A DNA stretch of 64,000 bases. Source: Selaginella moellendorffii. Its lineage: Eukaryota; Plantae; Lycopodiophyta. Below, one piece after another: positions 13,420 through 24,984 of the stretch. The translations under genes were made by a program, and so were the position numbers. Under the pieces are notes generated by a model. The model was given only the letters and a program-made list of their open reading frames with translations. It had not been told where the DNA came from and made no database searches. Location: assembly GCF_000143415.4 (NCBI RefSeq), contig NW_003314284.1:1970880-2034879 (forward strand). Reading direction: 5' to 3'. Positions within the stretch are counted from its first letter, which is position 1, and every line of letters starts with the position of its first letter.

Positions 13420-13750
13420 TTTAAGAATGCATCCCCTTCTTCAATCAATTAAGGGTTTTGGGATACTTATGGTTAAACATCTTGGGTTTGAATAGTACTA
13501 GGCTAGGTGACCTCCCAAAAAGCTCAAATTCAGTCATTTATATTTGGTATTAAAGGGGTCTCAGGTCCATCTCTATTGGTTGGCTTAGAGGAATTATACC
13601 ATATGTTAAAATTGACATCTAATAGATCCAATTTACCTTTGGCTAAGCTCAACCCAAGAGATAGAGTGTCAAGAGAGCCCTCAAGTAGGGTGTTAAGAAA
13701 GCGAGGCTCTCAAGAAAGCTATGCCTATGTTGTCTTTGTTCTATGTCTAA
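13420..13750 (+). mobile_element. Fragment of TRIM family C (LTR 3' half, PBS, internal repeat)
   Basis: Similar to 3700-4150 (GGGTTTGAATAGTACT, then TTTGGTAT). Confidence 0.55.
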
Positions 13751-13907
13751 TTTAGGTAAACTTGCATGTTAAACAGTGTTAGACGGTGTCTAGCACAATT
13801 TTAGCATATTGGTAGCCCAACGCGAGGAAGAGGGCACCCCACTGATTAAAGCAACATAGAGCTTAGGCTTAGACCCAAGCCAGATATAAAATAAGAAGCA
13901 ACATAGC

Positions 13908-14570
13908 TATAACACACCTTATCTCTCTCCCCTTAAACCAACTGGAAAAGGGGCAATTGCTTGATGAGAGAGCCCTTAGTGGCTATTTTATCCCCATTTA
14001 TCCCCCAAGGTTCCAAGGATCCACGGTGACAATATATCTAAATCTCATCCCATGATCACATGCGCTACACTCACCCCCCCTTCAAAGATGTCAATGTATT
14101 GACTAACAACCCCTACTGAGCCAAGGGGAACCAGCACCTCCATTTCCGCACTCAATCTACCAATCCTTCCATTGTGTAGACCAGCTATTCCATGTGAGGC
14201 AACTAGTCATCCACCCGTACCGCAGTCCCACAGTGGATACTTTCGTCCGTGGATACTCCACACAAGAAGAAGGACGTATGCATGGATGTCCAATACGTAC
14301 GATTTCAAATTTAGAGGTAGGAATATACCTTGCTCAAGAGTATATTATATTTTTAAGTAGCCACTAATCAATAGGAATCAAACTTGTGCCATTTGCTCCG
14401 ATACCAACTGTAGCACACCTTATCTTTCTCCCCTTAAACCAACTGGAAAAGGGGCAATTGCTTGATGAGAGAGCCCTTAGTGGTTATTTTATCCCCATTT
14501 ATCCCCCAAGGTTCTAAGGATCCACGGTGATAGTATATCCAAATCTCATCCCATGATCACATGCGCTACA
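13908..14570 (-). mobile_element. TRIM (663 bp)
   Basis: 162-bp LTRs at 13908-14069 and 14409-14570. PBS TGGTATCGGAGC (tRNA-Met) and PPT GAAGGGGGGGTGAG on the minus strand. Perfect TSD ATAGC. Confidence 0.92.
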
Positions 14571-16799
14571 ATAGCCTAGCAAAAACAAAATTAATGTCTC
14601 AAATGGTTGGTTATACATTCCAACCACTATCCCTACTACACATTTGGAATCCCTCACAGTGCCCCCCCCCCCCCCCCCCCCTTGCGCATCCGACTCTTAC
14701 CATAAATCATAAATAGTATATGGTTTCGAAATGGAATTAACACATAAGGCATAATAGTGAGGGTGTTTGACAAATATAATAAACTACTATATTACGATAT
14801 TAAGGCACTAGTCTCAATATTGTGGGGGTTCTTGATACTAATAAGTGTAAGCCAATGACACAAGTTTATCAAATCAAGCCAAATATGCTTAATGAAAAAC
14901 ACATAAGGGTCCTACTTTATGTTTATCCGATTTAAGTATACAAATATTGACCAATTTCTCAACTAACTCAAGTGGGAACTATAAAGGGAACCAATTATAC
15001 CAACCTTTTACTATCATGGTAGTAAAAAGAGAGTGTTTGTAAAGCTTAACCGACAAGTATTTTTTGATATCTAAAGTTATATTCACGACAATTAAACTCC
15101 ATTTAGCTCTATTTTACATGTTAGTTTTGGCATTGAGATGTTGGAAACTCTAGGACTATTCTAATATTGTTTCATACTCCTATCCCTTTGCTTTTTAGGT
15201 TGAACACTCATGAGTCACTTTGTGCTTTCGTTACTTCACTCCTTAGCTACAAGCTTAGGAGTTTAACTTTGTTCCTTCATTTAGTGGCTTAAAGACTTAA
15301 AACTTAAATTCTAGTCTGTTGTACTTGGACATGTAAGAAGGTTTAAGTTCTAATTTGTGGTTATTTTATGGTAAATCACCATGAGATAAAGAATGAAAAC
15401 CACATATGTTATAACTATTGAAAGTTTATCAAACATTATTCAAGAATAGCCCTTTTTTTAATAGGCCAAATAGGAAAAGGGAAAATAGTATAGACAGCAA
15501 AATATGAAGTAGCATTTGTCTGCCCCAAAGGAAAATTGAAAAAAAACTCCCATATTGGCATTACCAAATTTTGATAAAGACTTCAAAGTAGAAACGAATG
15601 TTTCAAAATTTGTGTTAGGCACAATTTTTAAGTAAGACAATGACTCAATCTTGAAGAAGTTGGAAAAAACTTAACAAAAATGGCCTACCTATAAAAAGGA
15701 ACTATTTGCAGTGGTGATACTACCTTGGGAAACACTTTAAAGTATACATGGATAATGTGATAAGAAAACACTTCTTGTCATAGCTTGACCTCCAAGGAAA
15801 ATAAGGGCCAATAGTTTAACCAAGTTCGATTGCAAAATTTTGTATATACCTAAGAAGAGTAATATCATAACACATGTTCTAAGCCAAAACAAAAACTTAA
15901 AGTTGGCAATATCTAACACAACAGTAACCTTTTGGGATGATATATAAATAGCATATGAAGATAATGGTCTAATATAAAAAATGTTGCTAAAGAACTAATA
16001 GGCACAAGATGCTCACCAAAGAGGTGAGCTGCCTAAAGAAGAAAAAATAGGTTATATGAAATGCAATAGACCCATTTATCAAATGGAGCTTTTTATATTT
16101 ATCCTCTAAAAAACCATAAATATCTAGTTTTGACATGCTCGAAACCAAGAAAGAACATATGGGGGGGTGGTGACGAAAGAGGGATCAATGAAACTAGAGT
16201 ACAGTTTTGTATAGTTCAAATTAAAGAAGTTAGAATTCAATTTTGTGCAACCTACATCCTTGCCACTCACTCCACAAATACATGCTCCCAATCCTTAGTG
16301 GTGGTGAACCTTCCACCTTATCTATGGTCCCCAGCCTCATCTCTCCCATGTGATTGCATCTACCGATGTGAGGGATTCAAGTCGATTGTGAGACTAGTGG
16401 AGGTACACTGCCCTTGCTTGATCTCCATCCATATAATGCATATAGTTTCCTAAAGATATAAAAAGCCCTTAAAGATGTACAGTCTTGGATCCCATAGTGC
16501 GTTGAACTAAGAAGGAATGTACAATCTTTGGTAATGGTAATATTGCTATTGCTTAAAAGTCCTCTCCTCGCTGTTGTGTGACCAATCCCCTCTGACTGGG
16601 ATTGTTGTTTCTAGCCTCCCATCAGGATGTTTAAGTGTAGTGCCGCCATGCCAGTATAGCCATACCCTTGGTGTTATCCATCTGGAATCATGACTAAAGG
16701 TGAGCTGCTCCTCTAGGATCCGGGTTGAAGTTACATTTTTGCACTCTAACAAGCTAGTTTAATGCAACTTTTAATAAGCTCATTTATTATAAATATATG

Positions 16800-17560
16800 A
16801 GGGTGTATATTCCATAAAGGGAACTAAGGAAGGTAGCCTTAAAAGAGTGTCATGATGGACTTTTTGTGGGATACGGTAGAATGCTTAAAACGATGGGTTT
16901 ACTCAAGAGAAAATATCACTAGCCAGACATAATTAAGAATATTTAAGACTATGTAAAGACATGTCAGCTTATTGCAAAGGCTTGCAATTTCTAATCATTC
17001 TTAAAAAATTTTACAATGGACTTCATTATGGGACTCCCCCCAAGTAAAAGGTTTTATGCAATTTTTGTGGTGGTGGGTTAGTCTTTTAAAATAACACATT
17101 TTATACCCACCACAATGGAAATGAATGCAAAAGGTGTGGTGAAAATATTCTTCAAACAAATGGTTTAAGTGTAAAAAGGCTAGAAAATATTATCTTAGAT
17201 CGAAATAAGATTTTCACTAGTAAATTCTGGAAAACTCTTCTAGAGTAATATTACACTAAGCTAAAATTTAACATAGTCTATCACCTATAAACAAATATTG
17301 AATACTGAGTTAAGTATGATGGCAATAACACTTTTTGACAGATGGATAAATGGAAACTAGGATGCATCAAAATCATCAAGAATTACAACTCTAGAAGCTC
17401 ATTTCAAATAAACATCCCTAATGAGGTGAAACCAAGGGTTAAATTTCTCATCTCAACTCTCAAAATGCACAACTCAAATAAAGTGAATAGATAGTTGGAG
17501 GATTATTTGTGATGCTATGTCTCCAAAAACCAAATAGATGACAAACACTTGCATCCAATT
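16800..17560 (+). pseudogene. Degenerate Ty3/gypsy integrase remnant
   Basis: From 17016 the frame reads MDFIMGLPPSKRFYAIFVVVG...THFIPTT, a typical gypsy integrase core start. Many stops. Confidence 0.65.
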
Positions 17561-18042
17561 GAAAAGTCTAGGTTTACAGAAGCATCGTTGTTGAGTGAGC
17601 TTGCAAATCTAGTTGGGCTTTACATGTAAATGGAGCTTTTTCAGTGACCTTTGGCTTAGTTAGCACAGGATATCACGAAGTCACACCATCCTCCCCCTTG
17701 CATTTCCCAAAAACCAACTATGGATCATCATTCTATAACTTGATTGAGCAATTGATCTTTACCTCCAGAGATATATGCCATGAGTTTGAGGCTCCTGGTA
17801 GAAGATGATAAGCTGGAATGCTTCCATCCAGGCAAACTATATAGCATTGTCACACACAATTTAGAACATGGATCTAGATTGCAAATGGCCTACCCGCTCC
17901 TGACAAATTGGACACAGCTAGATAAGTTATTGGAACCAGAATGGCATACACAATAACTGGAAATGCAAGAAGCGAGGGAACTTGGAAGAACGTTTGGAAA
18001 TGAGGGAGCTTCTCAATTATGAGATAAGGTGTGTCAAGATGA

Positions 18043-18890
18043 CCCGTGATCAGTTTTTTCCGCTAGAAAGATCTGTCCACTGGAGTAACTTATGTTGGGT
18101 TGTTTTTTCGCGGTGCTTTTCACAGGCACGGGCCACACGTTTGATGGAAACAGCCATGCACTCAGAGCTCCACTAGCAACCATAGTCTGGATCCATTGTT
18201 TCTCAATTGCATATTAAGGTTCTATCCATCTATTTATGTGTTGTTTTTATGCAAGTCAAAGATAGATACGCAAGCTGGATTGCAAGGATAGGCACAATCT
18301 ATGGCTTGTTGCCCAGCTTCACCATTTCTCTGAAAGTACCAATTGCCCACGGCCTGAGCTGGGGACTGCAGCAGCATCAACTTTGGTTAGTGCAAGTTAT
18401 AGTATTAACCTAGGATGCTCTTCCGTCATCTCGGCAGCCTCTCAGATCACGTCCTTGATCGGCCTCGGTCACGTCCTTCATCTTGTGTGCTGCTGTGCTT
18501 GCATTTTGGAGCTCTCACATGCTTGTACAATATACTTGTCCAGGTGTATGAGCTTCTTTCGCCTGGAAGTTCGATCATGTCAAGCACAGCCGCGTCAAGG
18601 TCTCCCAGATGGTTAACCAGCACAATATCCCTGGATTAGTCACCGGTGAGTGATAGAATTGCATTGAGAGCATTGCGCTGGGCTTAATTCATTCGGGTTT
18701 TGTTGCGCCTGCAAGAAGATCGCAATCGTCACAAGATTAAAAACAAACTTTTTCATATAAGAAGAGAGCACATACATGCATAGGAAAGCATCGGCTTCAT
18801 CTATAAACAGCAGCAATCCTCTCCTGGTCTTTGATGCCAATCCAAACAGCTCGTGGATCTTTGTGACGGCTTGAAGACCAAGTTGTTCTA
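18043..18890 (-). pseudogene. ATAD3: 3' fragment of an ATAD3-like AAA ATPase gene
   Basis: QAVTKIHELF...GLLLFIDEADAFLC (Walker B), an intron, then AQRNALNAILSLTGD*SRDIVLV with a stop and frameshifts. No 5' part or Walker A found. Confidence 0.75.
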
Positions 18891-20282
18891 GGTTAAAGGT
18901 CTTCATAGAATATACTCCTATTTAAATAAACTTCATGCATGACAGCATAGATCCGAAATAAACCTCAGCTTAAAAACCAAAGATTAAACGCAGCCTCGCT
19001 AGCATCTCACAGTATCACATCAAGGAGACCTTGAAGAGGATCTCATTTCACAAAGGTTGGTTCCTCCAAAATCCCTGGAAGATCGAGAAAGCTCACTTTT
19101 GCTTCTCCTCCACAAGAATTCTTGGAATTCCTCACGAGCATAATGGACGATCAATCCACTGCTCAGATAATGTCTGGAAAAAGGAATCGCTTGAGTGAAT
19201 TCAATTCATTTTGCTCACTATAATCTCTAGCTAGTGACGTAAAACTTTTGTTACAAGTATTTCGTATAAATAGTTCCACTCGCAACCAAAGCCAAAGATT
19301 TGATCCACGACATCAACTCCAAGGTTTGTTTGGTCACATGACGTTAGGAACCTCTCTTCCATCCAGCTTCTTCACGATGTAAAGAGTACCACCATCCATA
19401 TATGCTCGGCCAAGTGTGCTACCGAGCCATTGAGCAATGACAAATCCCGCAGTGGAGCGCAATAATCCATACAACCTTAGCGTCTTTTCCAGTGAAATCT
19501 CGTCCGAGACAGCCTTGACTGCCTAAATTCCTGGAGAAGGGAATTCGTGCTCTCTTGCTTGCAAGCCACAAAGAAATTCATCAAGATCTAAAGCTTTGAA
19601 TCAAAGCAATGTACTTGGTTTGCCAAGGTTCTAAAGCCTGGCTGGAACCACAGTTGCAAGTACCAATTCCACAGTATTGATCCCTTTCTTGAAGAAACTG
19701 GGCACCAGATCTTCCATGCATGGCAGCAATCCATTGGCATTAGTCAAACTTGCTTAATAATGTAAATGCTCTAACTGTTTTATCAGTTATCAAATTTGAA
19801 TCTACCTTATTTAGGGTACATTTTTACAGACAAAGGTAGACACCCTTTTAATTTGAAGCAAAAAATTAATTCGCGACTGGGCAATGTTTTCGAGCATGGT
19901 TCGAATCTCCACCGGATCTCAGACAAGACCGAGCTCCACCATGGTTCCAAAGATTCCTAGAAAACCTGTTCTACTTTCTTTTCAGCAATGCATGGAACAA
20001 AAGCCGATCCATTCAAAGAAAACACATTGACAAAATTTAATGCTAAGGGTACAGCGGTTGCAACCCGGATGGACCCGAGATCTTTTTTTAAAAGTTATTT
20101 TCGGGTCGCATTCGATGATCGCAAGTTTCGTCACCTTTACCATTTCCAGGGAAAAGGATCCGGGTTTTATTTCGTAGAATCTTTCAACACACGACTCCCT
20201 CATCCGACGGCTGAAAGTGTTGCCAATTGGCCCCATCCAGGCCGTTGGGCTTTGATTTCTAGGGTTCTTCCCGCGGGTGGAA

Positions 20283-23200
20283 ATGGCGACGAGCAGCAGC
20301 GCGGGGCCTCCCAGCAGCGGCTCTGGCGTGACCGCGCAGCAGCCGCAGGCGCAGTATCTGGTGCTCGCGGTCGAGGCGACGGCGGCGCTAGGCCCGTCGT
20401 GGCCGCTGCTGCGATCCGAGTATCTCGACAAGATCGCCAGGTAACTTCTTGCTTGTTGGCGAGGATTCTCGTTCCTGATTGGTATTTTAGAGCGTTCTAT
20501 GGTCAAGATGGGAATGTCCAGGTGAGAATTTTTTTTTTCTCTCTCGGTGGTTCTCTCACGGTCGTGGCTTTCTAGAAGGACAATGGGGCTACTCTGGAGA
20601 TGGCGCTCGTGGTCTTTCGCGGCCATGACTCCTACAGTGGTAGGCAAAGACTTTAGAGAGCTTGACATTTATCCATCTATCACAGGCTGCCTGCTCCAGA
20701 GAAGTGGCTGGACGCCGAGCTTGGAGCTGTTCCAGCTATGGCTATCGTCCATCGATTTCTCGGGTGGTGGATTTGGCGAAGTTGCTGTGGCGGAGGGATT
20801 AGCGGAAGCTCTTGTGGTAAGCATATATAAGTTTCATTTTGAATTATGAAGCTGAGGATTTTGAGCCTTGCAGATGTGTTGTCCCACGACTCAGCCGCCA
20901 AGTAACCAGGCATGCCAGAGACATTGTATTTTGGTGGCAGCTTCAAATCCTCACAGGCTTCAAACTCCCGTCCCTCATCCGCCTCTAAGCACTGGCGCGG
21001 ACGCGAAGCCGGACCATTGGTGGCTTGCGGATGCTGAAGCCGTTGCAAGGGCATTCTCTCAGGTTGCTTTATGCATTTTCTCATAGACGATTGTTTTCTC
21101 ACATCGTGTTTTCCTTCAGTGCCATATATCTCTTTCAGTTGTTTGTCCGCGGCAGTTACCATCATTAAAGAACCTGTACTCGGTGGTATGCTATTGCTAA
21201 TTCTTATATGTCTTTCCTTAAGGCTTTTGAGATCAGGCCAAGCAAAATCCTCGAGCTTCTGACCCTTCGAATGAGATTGCCAAGCACACGCAGCACCTTG
21301 TCTTAATCTCCGAGAGCTTTTTGGAGGCCAGGAATTGCTTGCGTCGTGTCACTCAGGCTCCTGCACTTGCTGCTGTTAGTATGCCACCATCGCCTACAAG
21401 TGTAAAAGTTGAGCAGCAAGCTGCTGCTCCTTTGACGGTGCAGACTACACAACCAGTACCTGCAACTGCGGTGCCATCAGTATCCACCGGCACAGGTCTC
21501 CTTAATTTTAATTTCGTGAAGGCTTGGCTAACTTCTTTCTTTTGTCTCGCAGTGCCTACAACCTCTGGAAGGCAATCACAGATCATGTCAAATGGTAACA
21601 TACCCACGTCAACTGTAAAAATTGTAAGAAATTTTTTCTATGTTTCGTTTCTTACATATGAAATGCAGGAGCACGTCTCGACCTCTGGTCCGCTCTCATA
21701 TGGCTCGCCGCCTATGGCGAACACAAGTATGGCAGCGGTTTCTCTTCCGATACAAAGCTCGGGAGCCACGTCAGCTATGAGTCAAGACGTTCTTCGTCCC
21801 CCACTCGGCTCAGACTCATCGACTGCTGTTCAGGACTTTAAGAGCATCAACACTAATTCTTTGCAATCGCATCGTCCGGTTCCTGCTGCGAGCGTGCTGA
21901 ATCAAATCAGGCAGGGAGCAGGCTCAGCAGCGGTATCAAGCATTCTCTCTGCTGGATCTTTAGCAGTGGGACAAGTTGGTTTGGGGATCACACAACCAGT
22001 TAGTCAGCCAGCTAGCATGGCACACGGACTTAGTGGCGATGCAGGTAGTGCAAGCCTGGGACCAGTACAAGGAAACGCAAATACTAGCAGCATTCTGCCG
22101 TCGAATGCTCCTGCGGGGATGATGCAACCAGCTAGTATGCCAAGTGGCTTACCTCCGGTGGCGAGCACGGTTGGAATGGCCCAGAGTTTGCAAGCTGCAA
22201 ATCCTCTCGTGGTTGGCGGCCAGAGCGTCCAGGGTGCCGGACTTGGAATGCCGCATAGCTCGATAGCAGCACCGAGCAACTCTGTTGGGAGCGCTCCGAA
22301 TGCTGGTGTGCTGCTTCCGATGTCTCAGCCTGGTCAGAATCCAGCAACTGGCAACGCTGGAGTATCTCATCTAGTCTCGAATGCTGTTGCGACTACACCA
22401 CCGCAGCAGCCTGCGAATACAAAGTACACAAAGCTCTGGCAGGTGCTCGTTTTGACTTTGTGTTGCTTCTCCTTTCTCAAAGTTGGTGTGACAGGGGACA
22501 TTGGCAGGCCAGAGGCATGGAAAGCCGGTTCCAATCTGTAGCTTGGAGGTGAAAAGTCTCGAACGAATGCACATGAATTTCATCTCTATTCTTTTGATGA
22601 CAGGGATACCGGCAAATCTCGTCTCCTGAAACGTACGTATTTACTTATGGAAACTACAGGCATTCGTAACATGTGACCATGCATTGCAGGTTGGCTGCCG
22701 ATTGGCCGCTGACAATGCAGATAGTGCGTTTAATTCCACAGGATTACATGAGCAAGTATGGAACGGGAACTTTATTTTCATCTACTGTTATTGATTTTTC
22801 TTTTCCTTCCTTTCAGCAGGGAGTACCAAGGAAAGGCCGAGCTTCTAGTTTTCAGGCCACTAAATCAGCATGGATTCCTCCAGCAGCTCGCAGATAAAAA
22901 ACTGGTACATATAGAAAAAAAAAAAGTCTTCTCCGGGGGAACTGATTTTCCGTGTTTTGCTTCCAGTGCGCTGTCATTCAGCTCCCCTCGCAGACGTTGC
23001 TGCTTGCCAGCGCTGATAAACCACAGCGAATGATTGGAATGCTGTTTCCAGGGGTAAGCACATCTTTCTCAAAGCCTGTGAGGTGGTCGTGGTCGGGTTT
23101 GATCGCCCATCTCTCACAAGTTTCTTAGTCGAGAGCTAGAGACTGACGAACCGTGCGTGGCGTTTTCGCAGGATACGGTGGTGTTCAAGCCACAGGGTCA

Positions 23201-23354
23201 AAATCCACAGCCTGGTGCACCAAATTTCTCGCACGGCGGATTTCCGCCAACCGCACAACAGAGCAAACCTCCGCAGATGATGCCGGGTGGATCTCAAATG
23301 CCCATGGCCGGCTCTGGTGGCACACAAATTCCAGGACAAAGTTACCTCCTCTAG
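20283..23354 (+). CDS. MED25: Mediator subunit 25 (PFT1-like), multi-exon
   Basis: vWA-domain exons (YLVLAVEATAALGPSW; LLQRSGWT; FSGGGFGEVAVAEGLAEAL; RHCILVAASNP). ACID-domain exons (KYTKLWQ|G; LAADWPLTMQIVRLI; LVFRPLNQHGFLQQL; VIQLPSQTLLL; RMIGMLFPG|DTVVFKP). Short GT-AG introns. Confidence 0.92.
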
Positions 23355-23579
23355 ATTATAAGGTTTGGTTTGATGGAGAAAAGTTCTCGAGTCGTCTTAT
23401 AGGTGGCATGTTAAGAGTCCCATGCTTCAATAACACTTTATACTACGAGTCACAAAAGATGTCCACGCTTCTGTTATGGTGGCGATCACTACCTCGTCAC
23501 AATCATTCCATCTCGATTGCCGCTATACCGCTGTGGACAAGTGCTGGGCCAGATCCCCAAGCGTGCAATCTACCTTGCC

Positions 23580-24370
23580 ATGATCATAGTCGTGCTGATC
23601 GCGAGCCTCAGCTTGTGCTTGGAGGCGAAGCTCACGGCGGACGTGGGAGTGAGTCGTGACTTTGGCTGCGTAGATTGGAGCCTCGCGAGCAGGGAGGCGA
23701 TCAAGCAGCGCTCGCTGGTTCCGCTTGCTTCCCAGTTCGTGGGAGGCAGTGCTCGCCAGAAGGGATAGCTTCATTTCTCTTGCGCTTGCTTGCAGGCTTG
23801 TTTGCTGTAGTGGGCCTACGGGCGGAGCACGGCCACCTCAAGAACATCACCTTCCACCAGATCGAGGAGCTCTACTCGCAGACCTTCAGACCTTCGAGAG
23901 GAAGGCCTCCTCCGTGGGAGCTGCTAGAGGATACACCCAAGCCGCGGGGCGCAGCCCAATCTCTCCGGCTTTCGGCCTCTCGGCGGACAACTTTCTCTAG
24001 TACGAGGTGGTGACGACCAACGGAGAGCTCGCGGCCGCGAACGAGTGCCGGGATCTCTTCTGGGCACTCCGTCGCGGCCGGGGAGGAGTGGTGGTGGAGG
24101 CGACGCTCAAGACCCATCCGGAGCTTCCTCTCGGTCACCGCCAAAAACGAGCCGAGCCTCCTGGCGAGGTTCAGATGAGTCGGGCCACTTCTTCCGATCC
24201 CTCGCGCTACAGTACCTTCCAGAGGTAGCTGGAGCCACTGTTGACTCTCGTCCGCCGGGGCTTGACCTGGTCAGCGTCTTGTTGACCATGCTTTCTTCCT
24301 TCGAGGAGTGGCAGGGCGATCGAGCTGCGTCGACACCTTCGTTGGGAGCCTTTCTCCGGCTTTCAGGGTG
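23580..24370 (+). pseudogene. FAD-linked oxidase (FAD_binding_4/BBE superfamily) pseudogene
   Basis: Signal-peptide-like MIIVVLIASLSLCLEA; HLKNITFH; SPISPAFGLSADNFL*YEVVTTNGELAAANECRDLFWALRRG..GVVVEATLKTHP. Stops and frameshifts. Confidence 0.7.
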
Positions 24371-24952
24371 ATCCCATGAGAGACCCACTAGAGCTGCTCT
24401 TGTTGCTGGTCCAGCATGTCTCGGGCAGGTCATTCTCTCAATGAGCTGGCAAGTTAAAAAATGATTGTTAGTTACTTTATGATTAGTGATTTCTTATGGA
24501 TTATTAACACTTTGCTTAGCTCAATGATGATTCAGTTTACCAAATTGTATTGCAAAAGATTATATAGTTTGTCCATGTTAATATATCAATTCCACATTTG
24601 TTAGTATTATTTAGTTGCATTTAATCTATGCTGTTGGATTGCATTTGAGATTTAACCATAGTGATTCACTCATTGTAGAATTTATCTTGGATATTAAGTA
24701 AGTCATTTTTAACATTAGTTAACTTGGTTACTAAAAAGTTTTATGTGGTGGTTTATTCTTGCTTTCTTTTAATTTTGTTGTGAGTGCATGGAATATGAAA
24801 AAGGAATACAGAAATGTGCATATCAATTAGCCCAAAAACCCTAACTTATATACAGGAGCGAGTGGTCCGGATTGAAACCAATCCGACGGCTACCAAAATC
24901 CACTACGCTAATATTAGTATACGGCATCGTAGCCGTACACTTGGCCCTCACA

Positions 24953-24967
24953 TCATCCCCTCCTCTC
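24953..24967 (-). promoter_or_regulatory. Polypurine tract GAGAGGAGGGGATGA
   Basis: Immediately 5' of the 3' LTR on the minus strand. Confidence 0.85.
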
Positions 24968-24984
24968 GGAATAATGGAAGGCCG

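Larger units (their letters stand above)
6237..13420 (-). mobile_element. Older LTR-A copy (6237-6562 + 11176-11905 + 13377-13420) interrupted by two younger family-A insertions
   Basis: Sequence resumes collinearly after each insertion, and both insertions have 5-bp TSDs. Confidence 0.75.

Noticed and set aside
19982-21165. ORFs of 228, 195 and 161 aa overlapping the MED25 5' region
   Set aside because: Antisense or off-frame shadows of GC-rich MED25 exons.
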